A stretch of DNA of 64,000 nt from Cyanobacteria bacterium P01_D01_bin.156 (GCA_039024555.1 JBCCQQ010000005.1:32001-96000); one strand, 5' to 3'; positions 20,381 through 31,398 are shown, numbered from the stretch's first letter. Numbers and translations are program-made. The notes: generated by a model not told the origin, from the letters alone.

Positions 20381-20908
20381 TCATCAGACTGCGACCGTTG
20401 ACATTAACAATCGGTCCATCTATTGTGGCTTGCGGGCCTATGGAGTTTGGGTGACTAAATCAAAAGGACGATGTGATTTTTATCACAAAATATTAGGGAA
20501 ACCTGGTATCTTCCCTGACCGCAGGTTAGTCAGCTACAGACATCGTTCCGCTTAACGCATCGGTAATGTAGGGGGTTAGCCCTTACCCCTATAGATAACG
20601 CTTAAAAGCACCCCCCAGGGGGACAATGAGCACCCCCGTAGAAATAGCAATGATGACTTAATGCCCCAGGTAGAGCTTCGTGTCGAGGTTAAGAAAAGTA
20701 AGGCGTTTAATTCGAAAACTAGTTGGTCAAGTGGCGGTGGGATTAATCAACCAAAAAGCTTGCCAGGGGTCCCTGGACACTTCATTTATGCGTCATTTAT
20801 GCGTTACGAAACCATTTGAAGTACGGATGTCATTGCTGGATTTTGCTATGCTCATAGCAAAATATTTTGGTTTTAAAGTGATAGCGAAAAAAACAGGGGC
20901 CTTACCAT

Positions 20909-20946
20909 ATAGAACAGCCTAGATAAGATAGAACAGCCTAGATAAG
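20909..20946 (+). repeat. Exact 19-bp tandem duplication ATAGAACAGCCTAGATAAG x2 in the glgX leader
   Basis: Read directly. Confidence 0.9.
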
Positions 20947-20967
20947 ACAGTTTTGGTATCATCCACC

Positions 20968-23163
20968 ATGTCGGCAGCAGTATGGCCCGGTCGTTCTCAC
21001 CCGTTGGGAGCCACTTGGGACGGTCAGGGAACCAATTTTGCAATCTTTTCAGAAAATGCCACGGCCATGGAGCTGTGCCTTTTTGATGAAGAGGGCAATG
21101 AGCGCCGACTGGCATTACCGGAAATGACCAACCATGTGTGGCATGGCTACCTGCCAGGTGTGGGACCGGGGCAGCGCTACGGCTACCGGGTCTATGGTGC
21201 TTACAATCCCAAAGAGGGACAGCGGTTTAATCACCACAAGCTACTGCTGGACCCCTATGCCCGCGCCATTGGCGGGGATATGAAATTTAGCACAGCCATC
21301 TTTGGCTATCCCATGGATCGCTTTGCCGATAGCGATCGCGACCTGGAAAAATCCACCCTGGATGACCTCAACCAAGTTCCTAAGGCCATTGTCACGGACG
21401 ATGGATTTGATTGGGGAGAAGATTGCTATCCCGATACGCCGTGGCATGAAACCATCATTTATGAGGTACACGTCAAAGGATTTACTCGCAAACATCCCCA
21501 CATTCCTCCTGAAATCCAGGGTACCTATGCGGGATTGGGGCACCCTGCCGCCATTGAACACCTAAAAAAACTAGGGGTAACCGCCGTTGAGCTGCTCCCC
21601 GTGCACCACTACAATGCTTACCCCGGTCATCTGATAGCAGTAGGTCTGCACAACTATTGGGGTTACGACTCGATTAACTACTTTGCTCCCTATGCAGGCT
21701 ACAGCGCCGCTGGTGATACGGGGCAACAGGTCAAAGAATTTAAGGCCATGGTCAAGGCCCTGCACCAAGAGGGCATCGAGGTGATTTTGGATGTGGTGTA
21801 CAACCACACCGGTGAAGGCAATCACTTTGGTCCTACCCTTTCTTTGCGGGGTATTGACAATGAAGCCTACTATCGTTTAGTAGACGGCAATCCGCGCTAC
21901 TACATGGACTTTACCGGCTGTGGGAACTCCCTAAATGTGCGGCATCCCCAGGTGCTAAAGCTGATTATGGACAGTTTGCGCTACTGGGTATTAGAAATGC
22001 ATGTGGATGGCTTCCGGTTTGATTTAGCCTCAGCCCTGGCCCGAGAACTTTATGAGGTGGATAGTCTCGCCGCCTTTTTTGACATCATTCACCAGGATCC
22101 GGTGCTTTCCACTACTAAGTTAATTGCAGAACCGTGGGACCTAGGGGAGGGGGGGTACCAAGTGGGTAATTTCCCATTGTTATGGTCGGAGTGGAACGGC
22201 AAGTACCGCGATACCATGCGAGACTTTTGGCGCGACCACAACTGCCGTTTGGGAGAATTTGCCTTTCGGTTTACGGGGAGCTCAGACCTTTATCAGGCCA
22301 ATGGCAAACTGCCCCATGCCAGCGTTAACTTTATCACCGCCCACGATGGCTTCACCCTAAGAGACTTGGTGAGCTACAACGAGAAACATAATGAGGCTAA
22401 TGGTGAAGGTAACCGAGATGGGGAAAGTTACAATCGGTCCTGGAACTGTGGGGTGGAAGGAGAAACGGATAATGAGGCTATTTTAGCGTTGAGATCGCAA
22501 CAACAGCGAAACTTGCTTGCCACCCTATTTCTCTCCCAAGGGGTACCTATGATGCTGGGAGGGGACGAAATGGGACGTACCCAGCATGGTAACAATAACA
22601 GCTACTGTCAGGATAATGATGTTGCCTGGTTTGACTGGAGCTTTTGTGAACAAAATAAAGAACTACTCACCTTTACCCAACAGCTGATTAGTTTCCGTAA
22701 ACAGCATCCGATTTTCTGTCGTCGCCAGTGGTTCCTAGGCCGTGAAATTCATGGTTCTGGCGTTATTGACATTGGCTGGTTTAACCCCGATGGCACCATT
22801 ATTAGCGAAGAAGAATGGCAGGACGGTAGTTCCAAAACCATTAGCATCTTTCTCAATGGTGAAGAAATTCTCACCACCGATAAACGAGGACAGCGTGTCA
22901 TTGACGACAGTTTTTTGTTGTTTTTTAATGCCTATCCTGAACTACAAGAATTTTCCATTCCTACTTCCGTAGATCGAAAAGAATGGCGTGTCATTCTAGA
23001 CACTAAGCATCCCAGCGGCTTTGTGGACGATGGCAACATTTATAATCAGGCACAAAAGGTACCCGTGGCTGCCCGCTCGTTAGTTTTGTTGGCCTGTCCC
23101 CACTGTTTTGATACGTCCTCGGGGGCAGACGGAGCCACATGTACATTACCTAAGCGAGGGTAA
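20968..23163 (+). CDS. glgX: Glycogen debranching enzyme (isoamylase)
   Basis: PLGATWDG, NYWGY, DVVYNHT, DGFRFDLA, LIAEPWD, FITAHDGFTL. Confidence 0.97.
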   Translation: MSAAVWPGRSHPLGATWDGQGTNFAIFSENATAMELCLFDEEGNERRLALPEMTNHVWHGYLPGVGPGQRYGYRVYGAYNPKEGQRFNHHKLLLDPYARAIGGDMKFSTAIFGYPMDRFADSDRDLEKSTLDDLNQVPKAIVTDDGFDWGEDCYPDTPWHETIIYEVHVKGFTRKHPHIPPEIQGTYAGLGHPAAIEHLKKLGVTAVELLPVHHYNAYPGHLIAVGLHNYWGYDSINYFAPYAGYSAAGDTGQQVKEFKAMVKALHQEGIEVILDVVYNHTGEGNHFGPTLSLRGIDNEAYYRLVDGNPRYYMDFTGCGNSLNVRHPQVLKLIMDSLRYWVLEMHVDGFRFDLASALARELYEVDSLAAFFDIIHQDPVLSTTKLIAEPWDLGEGGYQVGNFPLLWSEWNGKYRDTMRDFWRDHNCRLGEFAFRFTGSSDLYQANGKLPHASVNFITAHDGFTLRDLVSYNEKHNEANGEGNRDGESYNRSWNCGVEGETDNEAILALRSQQQRNLLATLFLSQGVPMMLGGDEMGRTQHGNNNSYCQDNDVAWFDWSFCEQNKELLTFTQQLISFRKQHPIFCRRQWFLGREIHGSGVIDIGWFNPDGTIISEEEWQDGSSKTISIFLNGEEILTTDKRGQRVIDDSFLLFFNAYPELQEFSIPTSVDRKEWRVILDTKHPSGFVDDGNIYNQAQKVPVAARSLVLLACPHCFDTSSGADGATCTLPKRG

Positions 23164-23164
23164 T

Positions 23165-23515
23165 ATGCCCAATAGCTATGAACGCATTTATGCTGTGGTT
23201 CGCCAGATTCCGGCAGGCACGGTCGCTACCTATGGTCAGGTAGCTGAACTGGCTGGACTAATTGGTAAACCTAGGGTGGTGGGCTATGCGCTCTATAAAG
23301 TAGCCCCCGACGATGATATTCCCTGGCAGCGGGTGATCAATGCTAAAGGAGAGATTTCTACATCCGCGTTTCGCGATGGTTCAGATGACCTGCAGCGCAT
23401 CCTTTTAGAAGAGGAAGGAATCAAGTTTGAAAAAAACAAAATTGATCTGACTAAATATCGCTGGCAGCCACCGCAGGAGGTGATCGAAGCCATTGAGTTT
23501 GACGAAGAGGAATAA
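23165..23515 (+). CDS. Alkyltransferase-like protein (ATL, YbaZ/Atl1 type)
   Basis: IPAGTVATYGQVA, PRVVG, PWQRV (Trp replaces the catalytic Cys of PCHRV). Confidence 0.88.
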   Translation: MPNSYERIYAVVRQIPAGTVATYGQVAELAGLIGKPRVVGYALYKVAPDDDIPWQRVINAKGEISTSAFRDGSDDLQRILLEEEGIKFEKNKIDLTKYRWQPPQEVIEAIEFDEEE

Positions 23516-24125
23516 ACTTTCGACTCAGCTCAACACATCCATATTACACAAAAACCTGGTAGTCCTATACGAGTAAGGATTGGTGCTCAATCCATCGTGC
23601 AGTTCCCACCGCCAAAAGAAACAGCATATACCAGCTTAGCGAGAATCATGGCCTGTGCCAGTTGCAACGCTACAGAGCAGATTAGAGATAATAACATGGA
23701 CCATTGTAGTTTTCTGCAAAGTTAGCTCAACCCTATAATAACTAGCCGGTTTAGCTATTGAAAGGTCATGGCAGTAGGGTCATCAGCAACCGAATAGCCG
23801 CCTGTCCAAGGTCTTTTCACTATGCCACTTCAAAAGGCGTAACGTCACCATAAGGATTTTGAAAACAGCTCTTGTTACAGTCAACTCGTGAATCAGGTTG
23901 ATTATCATTCAACAGTCTGCATTAAGAGATTAGACCAAATGCCTGTAGGGATAGCAACTCTCTCTTAATGCATCTGTCCATTGTGGCTTCAGTCTTTTGT
24001 GCTTATAACCTTGTAGGATCTGAAGAACTTTTTTTTGGCAATTGTTTCAATTTTTTTTGCGTGAGAAGTAACAGATAGTGTCTCTAGAGATTTTTTTGTT
24101 TTTGATATCTTCACTGTATTGAACT

Positions 24126-25358
24126 ATGCGATATTTTCAAACAACAACGGCTTTACTGATTGCCTTGAGTATGGGTGCAGGTGCGATCGCACCGCTCGCC
24201 ACTCCCACGCCCGTCATTGCCCAAACCCAAATCCAATTTACCGATGTTTCCTCTAACTACTGGGCTAAGCAGTTTATCGTTAGCCTAGCTGAGAGAGGCA
24301 TTATTGCTGGTTTCCCCGATGGCTCATTTCGTCCTGATGAGCCTGTGACCCGTGCCCAGTATGCTGCCATGGTACGCAAGGCATTTAACATAAGCAATGT
24401 TCGCAGCTCCACCTCATTTGTCGATGTCTCCAGCAATTTTTGGGCAGCTGACGCTATTGATGAAGCCTATCGTATGGGCTTTTTATCCGGCTATCCTGAT
24501 AATGTGTTTCAGCCAAACCAAAATATTCCCCGTGCCCAGGTGCTAGTTTCCCTCGCAAATGGCCTTAACTATCAGGCAAGTACGATTGCCAGTGCTAACG
24601 TTTACCGCGATTCTGGGACTATCCCCAACTATGCGTTTGCCAGCATTGCCGCTGCCACTGAACAACGCCTGGTGGTTAACTATCCTGATGTGCAAGCACT
24701 GCGCCCCAATCAAACTGCAACACGGGCAGATGTAGCTGCTTTTATTTATCAGGCACTCGCCAGCCGCAACCAGGTGGCCACAGTTCAGTCCCCTTATATT
24801 GTCCAAATCAGACAAACAACGACGGCTCAGTCCTCAGTTTTATCTGGCACGAGCATTGCAGTCACCTATCCCGATAGTGACAAGATTGTTTTGTTGCCAG
24901 ATGAAACATTACCTTTAACACTACAGGTTGCTGAAACTGTTAGGGATAGTCAAGGTCAAATACTCATTCCTCGCAATAGTGAGATCATTGGTGAGTTACG
25001 CCCTGTCACTGTGAGGTCTCAGCAGGGCACTCAGTTTGTTGCTCAAACTCTGGTACTAGAGAGCGGTCGTCGAGTAGCTCTACAAGCTCAGTCCAATGTT
25101 GTAACTACCACTGAAACCATCCGTCGCGGTGCCAGTATTGGTGAGATATTTGCTGGTGCTGTCCTGGGGTCTGGCGCTGCTGCCGCTATTGGTTCGGTCA
25201 CTGGAGATGATGAGATTCAGACCTGGGAAGTGTTGACGGGTACTGTGGCTGGAGCGCTCGGTGGTTTGGTGTTAGGACGAGAGCGGGTGGAGGTTATTTC
25301 GGTTAATCCTGATAGCGATCTATCACTTGTCGTTAGTCAGTCTGTAGCTTTGAATTAA
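24126..25358 (+). CDS. S-layer homology (SLH) domain protein
   Basis: Signal peptide; three SLH repeats (FTDV..WA..GFPDGSFRPDEPVTRAQ; GYPDNVFQPNQNIPRAQ; ATRADVA); C-terminal glycine-zipper-like region. Confidence 0.88.
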   Translation: MRYFQTTTALLIALSMGAGAIAPLATPTPVIAQTQIQFTDVSSNYWAKQFIVSLAERGIIAGFPDGSFRPDEPVTRAQYAAMVRKAFNISNVRSSTSFVDVSSNFWAADAIDEAYRMGFLSGYPDNVFQPNQNIPRAQVLVSLANGLNYQASTIASANVYRDSGTIPNYAFASIAAATEQRLVVNYPDVQALRPNQTATRADVAAFIYQALASRNQVATVQSPYIVQIRQTTTAQSSVLSGTSIAVTYPDSDKIVLLPDETLPLTLQVAETVRDSQGQILIPRNSEIIGELRPVTVRSQQGTQFVAQTLVLESGRRVALQAQSNVVTTTETIRRGASIGEIFAGAVLGSGAAAAIGSVTGDDEIQTWEVLTGTVAGALGGLVLGRERVEVISVNPDSDLSLVVSQSVALN

Positions 25359-25477
25359 TAAAGAGAGTGTTGCAAAGGCAATCGGAGATTGTACAGTAAT
25401 TTCCGATTATCCTCGACTCATATTTTTTTGAGCTGATGCCACTCGGATTCAATCAGATTCAACTTTGAACACTAATT

Positions 25478-26131
25478 TTAATAACCAGTCAGATCGATGC
25501 GAATTTCCTCAGTGTGTTCCCCTGCCTCGATCACGACGACATTGCCTTCCAACCACAGGTTTCGACTATCTCGGTTCCCTAACCCATAGCTCCCCATTCG
25601 TTTCATAATCAAACGCGGTCGGGGACCAGGACCATCTACATAGAAATATTCCGTATCCATCAAAAATCTAACAAACAACAGCGATGTAAATACACCACTA
25701 CCTCCAGTATTCTGCGTCACTCGAAGAATATGGAGCCCATTATCCAATTGCCCCAACCATCTGTAGCCAGTGGTATAGCTAATCTCTTCACCGAGCCAAG
25801 GTTCCCAAGTCGCCCTCACAGTGCCTATCGCTGTATTTTCCACTTCCGCCCAGTAGCGGTTAGTGTCGGCCATACTCCCTTCCACATCTAACGCAATGGA
25901 GCCTGGTTTCATATCCGATAGCCATGGAAGTAAATCCCCCACAGCCCGTGGGTTAATGGGCTCTCCCCGAAACATAAAGAATCTGTTGGCAGCTTCCAAT
26001 GACTCTAGGGGAGTCAAGGATAAATCTGTTGGTGGTTCTGCTGCAACAGAAACCAATGGAAGTAACAGTGGATTGCATAGAAGTGCAATACCGCCGAGCA
26101 TCACCATCCAACAACATTTACTATTTAACAT
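25478..26131 (-). CDS. Hypothetical secreted protein
   Basis: 217-aa ORF with N-terminal hydrophobic segment. Confidence 0.65.
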   Translation of the reverse strand: MLNSKCCWMVMLGGIALLCNPLLLPLVSVAAEPPTDLSLTPLESLEAANRFFMFRGEPINPRAVGDLLPWLSDMKPGSIALDVEGSMADTNRYWAEVENTAIGTVRATWEPWLGEEISYTTGYRWLGQLDNGLHILRVTQNTGGSGVFTSLLFVRFLMDTEYFYVDGPGPRPRLIMKRMGSYGLGNRDSRNLWLEGNVVVIEAGEHTEEIRIDLTGY

Positions 26132-26180
26132 TTGTCAACCTAATATTTATTCACCCTAACCAAGAGCAGCTATTTCCTAA

Positions 26181-27098
26181 TTACTGAATCGGCTTACCTG
26201 CTTCATTCAAATAGCCAGTTTCCATCAAAAATAATTTTAAAGCCGTTGGAAAATCACGGTGCTCCCCAACTTGTTCACCGTCCTCATAGATTTCTAATCC
26301 CCAACGAGGCTCTGGGTCGTAGTTGTCCAGCATAAACTGCCATGCAACTTCAAACTCTTCATTGAGCATGGCATGGTAGGCAACATAACTCGCTAACATG
26401 CTGTTGGAAACAATCTCATACTCACTCTGAACTTCAAAAAAAGTTGTCTTTACCGTTTCTGCCTGTTCCCGTAATTGTTCAGGAAACTGTCGAGTAATAT
26501 CAACCAGCTCATCACCGCGATAGGCAAAAATATTGGTGGGTGGAAAAGACTCTACATAGCTACCAAACCGATATAAAAAAGATTGATCCAGGATAGTTAC
26601 TTCTGCAGTACCATCTCCATCAATATCTTTTATCCATGCCCCCATGCCATCAATGTAGCCCGTTTCTGTAGTTACAAACTCTGTGCCACTCCAGCGATGA
26701 ATGGCCGTATTCGTACAGCAGTGGGCACCACCAGAATAATTGCGCGCAATTACCTCAGCAATACCGTCACCATCCAAATCTCGCAGTTCAAATTCTGCAA
26801 ATACAAAGGTTAGCTCATCCAGCTGCTGGCGATCTTCTTCCTGGTAGACCAGCTGGTACCGCAGGTTAGTGTCATCCGCTTCTGCCAAGTTATCGTACTG
26901 GTCGTAGCTTACACGTACACCAATATCGCCATCGGTTAGCTCTAGGTTTTCAAAAGATGATGTATCAGGACTTAACCGCAATATAGACTGGGCCTGGGCA
27001 GCCGTTGCCAGCAACGGTATCCCGGCCAAGCTTACCGTAAGGACTTTCAATAGCTGATTGACGGATGGCCTTAACATGACTAACTCCCTGAACACCAA
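26181..27098 (-). CDS. Secreted protein with FG-GAP/VCBS-like Ca-binding loops
   Basis: Signal peptide (AAQA), DLDGDGIAE and DIDGDGTAE, SGGAHCC. Confidence 0.7.
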   Translation of the reverse strand: MVFRELVMLRPSVNQLLKVLTVSLAGIPLLATAAQAQSILRLSPDTSSFENLELTDGDIGVRVSYDQYDNLAEADDTNLRYQLVYQEEDRQQLDELTFVFAEFELRDLDGDGIAEVIARNYSGGAHCCTNTAIHRWSGTEFVTTETGYIDGMGAWIKDIDGDGTAEVTILDQSFLYRFGSYVESFPPTNIFAYRGDELVDITRQFPEQLREQAETVKTTFFEVQSEYEIVSNSMLASYVAYHAMLNEEFEVAWQFMLDNYDPEPRWGLEIYEDGEQVGEHRDFPTALKLFLMETGYLNEAGKPIQ

Positions 27099-27242
27099 AT
27101 ATTTACCTCAAAGGTGAACTGCCTGCCTGTTTTCCTTTACTATGTGTCTTCCCATGATTCAGCTTAGATTCCTAATGGCTATTGCCATCCTTCAAGAATC
27201 GTTTAGGCTAGGCATAATCGCAGCTTGCCCGTTTTGTGCCCT

Positions 27243-28157
27243 ATGGCCTCACTTCCAGTTTTAGATCTTCGTGCGTTTCTCCAGGGTTCAGCCACTCAAC
27301 AGGAAGAGTTTGTCCAGACTTTAGGTCAGTCCTTGGAAACGGTGGGCTTTTTTGCCCTGGAACACCACGGTATTGCTCCCAGCCTGATCGCAGCTGCCTA
27401 CGGTGCCGCTGCAGACTTTTTTACCCTACCAGAGGCCATTAAACAACGCTATGAGCGGCCAGAACTTCATCAACAGCGGGGGTTTACACGCTTTGGTCAG
27501 GAACATGCCAAAGACAGCAATGCAGCGGATCTAAAAGAGTTTTGGCATGTCGGTCGGGAGACAGAACTGCCAAATCCCTGGCCTCAGGAAGTACCCCAGT
27601 TTCAGCCAGCCATGGTGGAACTGTATCAGCAGTTAGAGGAATGTGCAGCCCATCTGTTGCGCGCCTGTGCCTTATATCTAGATTTACCAGGTAGTTTCTT
27701 TGCAGCGGAAGCTACCGAGGGCAAAAGTATTCTACGCATCTTGCACTATCCGCCATTACCAGAGGGCATTCCCCCTAACAGTCTGAGGGCCGCTCCCCAC
27801 GAAGATATTAATTTGATTACGTTGCTATGTGAGGCGACAGAACCGGGACTAGAACTTCTACACAACAATGAATGGCTAACGGTTGAAGCCCTACCCGGTC
27901 AGATTATTGTGGATACAGGGGATATGCTGCAGGCACTAAGCAATGGACTGTTTAAGAGCACCACCCATAGAGTGGTAAATCATGATATTCAAAGCACTCG
28001 CAGGTTTTCCCTACCCTTCTTTATGCACCCACGCCCAGATTTTGACCTCACACCGCTACCGGGCTGTGTTGCGCGCACAAGGGGACAACCCAAGTTTCCA
28101 GCCCAGACCGCAGGACAGTATCTGCACCAGCGACTTCAGGAAATTGGCCTAGCTTAG
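27243..28157 (+). CDS. 2-oxoglutarate/Fe(II) dioxygenase, isopenicillin N synthase family
   Basis: LPVLDL, DLKE, HEDINLITLL (HxD), STTHRV, RFS. Confidence 0.92.
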   Translation: MASLPVLDLRAFLQGSATQQEEFVQTLGQSLETVGFFALEHHGIAPSLIAAAYGAAADFFTLPEAIKQRYERPELHQQRGFTRFGQEHAKDSNAADLKEFWHVGRETELPNPWPQEVPQFQPAMVELYQQLEECAAHLLRACALYLDLPGSFFAAEATEGKSILRILHYPPLPEGIPPNSLRAAPHEDINLITLLCEATEPGLELLHNNEWLTVEALPGQIIVDTGDMLQALSNGLFKSTTHRVVNHDIQSTRRFSLPFFMHPRPDFDLTPLPGCVARTRGQPKFPAQTAGQYLHQRLQEIGLA

Positions 28158-28228
28158 TTGTCCGTGTCCCTATTCAAAAGCGTAGGCTGCTACCATTCAA
28201 TGACAGATGCAGGTTTGCTAGTAAACGT

Positions 28229-28840
28229 ATGTCCAATAATGCCCCTTAAAAATATCGGCCTCAGCAAACTTTCAGGCACTGTTACCTCAGCAGCGTATTA
28301 GCTTGCTAGTCCCACCTATCAAGCCGGTAAGCTAATGGTTTTGCGGACAGATCAGGGCAAGCTGAACGTTCACTGATATTGAGACCGATAACATTATTTC
28401 TCAAGGTTTATCAATGCCCCATTTCCCTCGTTGGTATCGAGATCACCTTTAGGTACTAGAGTCGGGTCAGGAGACTTTAGCAACGGTGGACTTAGCCAGT
28501 GGTCATTTGGATGCTGTGGCTTCCTGGATGTACTCGAGGTATTGACTTTGCAGGCCCATCTGCATTTATTGGCCTATCGTAAGTGAGAGAAAGCGTTGTT
28601 TTTAGTGGTTTACCCATAACGGAGCAGCTCAACGAGCGTGTCTGTGATGTTTGGATTATCAATATTGAAACTGGAAAAACTGTGGCGCAAATGCGATTTG
28701 AATCTGGCATGGAAGAGATTTTTGCAGTACTGGTGTTGCCTGGTATTTGTTTTCCTGAAATTTTGCCCTAGGACAATCCACTGTTGGAAATGTCCTACTC
28801 CCTACCGCCTGAGACCCTAGCTGAAATTAAGAGTGGTTAG
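28229..28840 (+). pseudogene. Decayed TIGR03032/DUF4915-family gene
   Basis: Fragments TYQAGKL, GLSMPHFPRWY, TRGIDFAG..FIGLS*VRES, FESGMEEIFAV; internal stops (28450, 28580, 28769), frameshifts and a large internal deletion. Confidence 0.8.
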
Positions 28841-28965
28841 CATATCGGGAAAGGACAACCCCACGGCATAATAATGTATATAAGCTGTGTGGCAAGTGTC
28901 CGTTGGCCACAAACCTTGCTCAGGGCAATTGCTCTCGTCTGCTGCATTTGTTTCTTTCCTACCCT

Positions 28966-29889
28966 ATGGATATTGCACCCATTATTCCCACCGCTGTTGT
29001 TACCCTACGGGAAGGTGTGGAAGCAGCATTGGTGGTGGGTATTGTACTGGCTTGCTTAAATAAAGCAGGGCAAACAGAACTCAACCGCTGGGTCCTGGGT
29101 GGGGTATTGGCGGGGGTATTAGGTAGTGCCTTAATTGGCTCCTTTTTGGGGTTAGGCATCCAACAGCTGCAATATGCTATGCCCAATGCTCAGCAATTGC
29201 TTAAACCCATATTGGGAATTTTATTTGGCAGTATCGCCATTGTGATGCTGAGTTGGATGTTGCTATGGATGACCCGTCAGGCTCGCTTGTTAAAGACAGA
29301 AATTGGCAATAGCGTCACAGATGCTCTTTCCAGTGAAGCGGCAGGACTCAGTATTTTTAGCTTGGTCTGCATTGCAGTGCTTCGAGAAGGATTCGAAGCA
29401 GTTTTATTTTTGTTTACCCAGCAATCCCAGCCCTTGGCAACTAGCTTACTAGGTGTTTTTGTAGGGCTCTTGGGTGCTGTTTTAGTTGGATTTAGTCTGT
29501 TTAGGTGGGGCGTTCGCATCGACTTAAAACTATTTTTTCAGGTGATGGGGGTGTTACTACTGCTAATTATTGCGGGGCTGGTGGTGTCAGTATGTCGAAA
29601 TTGTGATGTTACGTTTGCGGTACTCAGCAATATGACCACATTGGATCTGTGTGTTGGCTTTGGGCAGTCTTGCGTGCTGGGTCCTCTGGTATGGGATACC
29701 AGCAATATTTTGCCGGATAAGCAATTCCCTGGGGTAATTTTAAAAGTACTATTGGGGTATCGCGATCGCATCTATATCGTTCAACTGCTAGCCTACGTCC
29801 TGTTCTGGCTTGTCATTGGTAGCCGATACTTCCGCAGTCTTAACCACCCCCCCCAAAGCAAAACGATATCCACTGCTAAACCTCTCTAG
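28966..29889 (+). CDS. FTR1/EfeU family iron permease
   Basis: Two RExxE motifs (LREGVEA, LREGFEA); about 7 TM helices; start at MDIAP. Confidence 0.92.
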   Translation: MDIAPIIPTAVVTLREGVEAALVVGIVLACLNKAGQTELNRWVLGGVLAGVLGSALIGSFLGLGIQQLQYAMPNAQQLLKPILGILFGSIAIVMLSWMLLWMTRQARLLKTEIGNSVTDALSSEAAGLSIFSLVCIAVLREGFEAVLFLFTQQSQPLATSLLGVFVGLLGAVLVGFSLFRWGVRIDLKLFFQVMGVLLLLIIAGLVVSVCRNCDVTFAVLSNMTTLDLCVGFGQSCVLGPLVWDTSNILPDKQFPGVILKVLLGYRDRIYIVQLLAYVLFWLVIGSRYFRSLNHPPQSKTISTAKPL

Positions 29890-29914
29890 GCGTAGGTGTT
29901 TAGCCGATAAAGCA

Positions 29915-29963
29915 ATGCTGGCAATCGACTGATTACATACAGCCGATTGCCAGCATAAAAAAA
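29915..29963 (-). terminator. Intrinsic terminator between convergent genes
   Basis: ATGCTGGCAATCG...CGATTGCCAGCAT with adjacent A7 run on the plus strand. Confidence 0.65.
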
Positions 29964-30100
29964 GTTAAGCGTTGCCAATCCTCAGGATGGCTTCAGTGCT
30001 CAAATTCTGAACCTTGCAAAGTTCTGTGGGGCGTTTTGATTCCTAAATCAGCAACGGTAGCGCCGCAGGCTCTAGCGGTTAAACCAGCAGCAATCCGCTT

Positions 30101-30475
30101 TTAAGAGCTTTTGGTACTATCAGAGTCGCTTTGATCCAACAGGCGCTCAAAGCGATCCTTCGACCAACGGTCCGTGGCGTAGGAAATGGCACTAATTTCG
30201 GCTAATCGAATCAACCAAACTGTCCGCTGATAGGGATCATCGGGTAGCTCATCATCTTCGTAACCCTCAGCAACATCCACATCAACCACTTCCACATAAT
30301 CACTGTCTAAATAAATAGGGATGCCTACTAATCTTGTCCCTGGCATCCGAAACCAAACTTCACTACCGGTATGGAGTGCCTCTTCTAGTCGCTTATAGAG
30401 GCGTGTTGGTTTAGACGTTTTGTAAACGGTGGGCTCTGGTTCATGCTGGATGAGTGGTCGAGGGGTATCTTGCAT
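30101..30475 (-). CDS. Conserved hypothetical protein, possible Sm/LSm-like beta fold
   Basis: GGAG SD before MQDTP; VWFRMPGTRLVGIPIYLDSDYVEV...VWLIRLAEISAI. Confidence 0.65.
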   Translation of the reverse strand: MQDTPRPLIQHEPEPTVYKTSKPTRLYKRLEEALHTGSEVWFRMPGTRLVGIPIYLDSDYVEVVDVDVAEGYEDDELPDDPYQRTVWLIRLAEISAISYATDRWSKDRFERLLDQSDSDSTKSS

Positions 30476-30785
30476 GCTTCTCTCCTTTTGCTCAATACAC
30501 AAGGCCATATATAAGGCCACCGATTTCACTAAACAAAGATGGCTCCGCTTAGTCCAAACCAGTGGTTTTAGAGCTGGATATTTGGCATCTATCTACCGAC
30601 GCAACACCTCCCAATCCATCGTTAACAACAGGTAAATAGAATCAGCCTAGGGTTTCTACACTGCTCTCCAATAGTTATAGACAGCCCAAAAAGCCACTGG
30701 AAAGCTACGTCTGTAACTTTTAGGTAAGTCTACACCATACTAATTTAGACGACCATTTAATAACCTTGTGGGATTCCCTAAATCC

Positions 30786-30825
30786 TTTAAGCAAAGTGCA
30801 CTAGGTCTAGTGCGCTTTGCTTAAA
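30786..30825 (-). terminator. Hairpin downstream of accB
   Basis: TTTAAGCAAAGTGCACTAG/CTAGTGCGCTTTGCTTAAA near-perfect stem. Confidence 0.65.
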
Positions 30826-30897
30826 TCTAAAAATTAGGCTTGAGACAACAAGTGGAGGTCCAATTTAGCAACGTTTTAGCTAATATCTCAAACAAAA

Positions 30898-31398
30898 CTA
30901 ACTCTGCTTAATGCGCATCAGGGGCTGGCCAAATTCTACAGGCTCAGCATTTTGTACCAGGATTTCCACCACTTCACCAGAGACTTCAGCCTCCAGCTCA
31001 TTCATTAGCTTCATGGCTTCGATAATGCAGACCGTTTGGCCCACCTTAATGCGATCGCCTGCATCTACAAACGGTGCTTCATCAGGAGCCGGGGACCGAT
31101 AAAACGTACCCACCATCGGAGAAGTAAGCTCATAAAGATCAGACGCTACCGCAGGAGGAGCCACAGGTTCTGATGTTGCAGCAGGCGCTGGCACCGCCGC
31201 CGCGACTGGGGCGGACATGGACGATACCGGTGCCGCCTGCATAGAAGACGCATCAGAAGCAACTACCACCGCCTGACTAGGGGCAGTTGCTTTACGCAAC
31301 GTCAGCTCGAACTGAGGATTTTTGAGCGTCAGCTCAGCAATATCTGTCTGGTCTAGGGCCGCGACTAGCTGACGAAGCTCGCTAAAATCCAAATCCAC
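30898..31398 (-). CDS. accB: Acetyl-CoA carboxylase biotin carboxyl carrier protein
   Basis: [21 protein letters not shown] biotinylation motif; follows efp. Confidence 0.97.
   Translation of the reverse strand: MDLDFSELRQLVAALDQTDIAELTLKNPQFELTLRKATAPSQAVVVASDASSMQAAPVSSMSAPVAAAVPAPAATSEPVAPPAVASDLYELTSPMVGTFYRSPAPDEAPFVDAGDRIKVGQTVCIIEAMKLMNELEAEVSGEVVEILVQNAEPVEFGQPLMRIKQS

Noticed and set aside
20909..20946. CRISPR array
   Set aside because: Only two adjacent copies, no spacers and no cas genes
27243..28157. 2OG-Fe(II) dioxygenase as an ethylene-forming-enzyme-like endogenous guanidine source
   Set aside because: It has the generic bacterial IPNS-like HEDINLITLL motif rather than the EFE-type HTDYG, and it has no riboswitch or linkage to the guanidine loci
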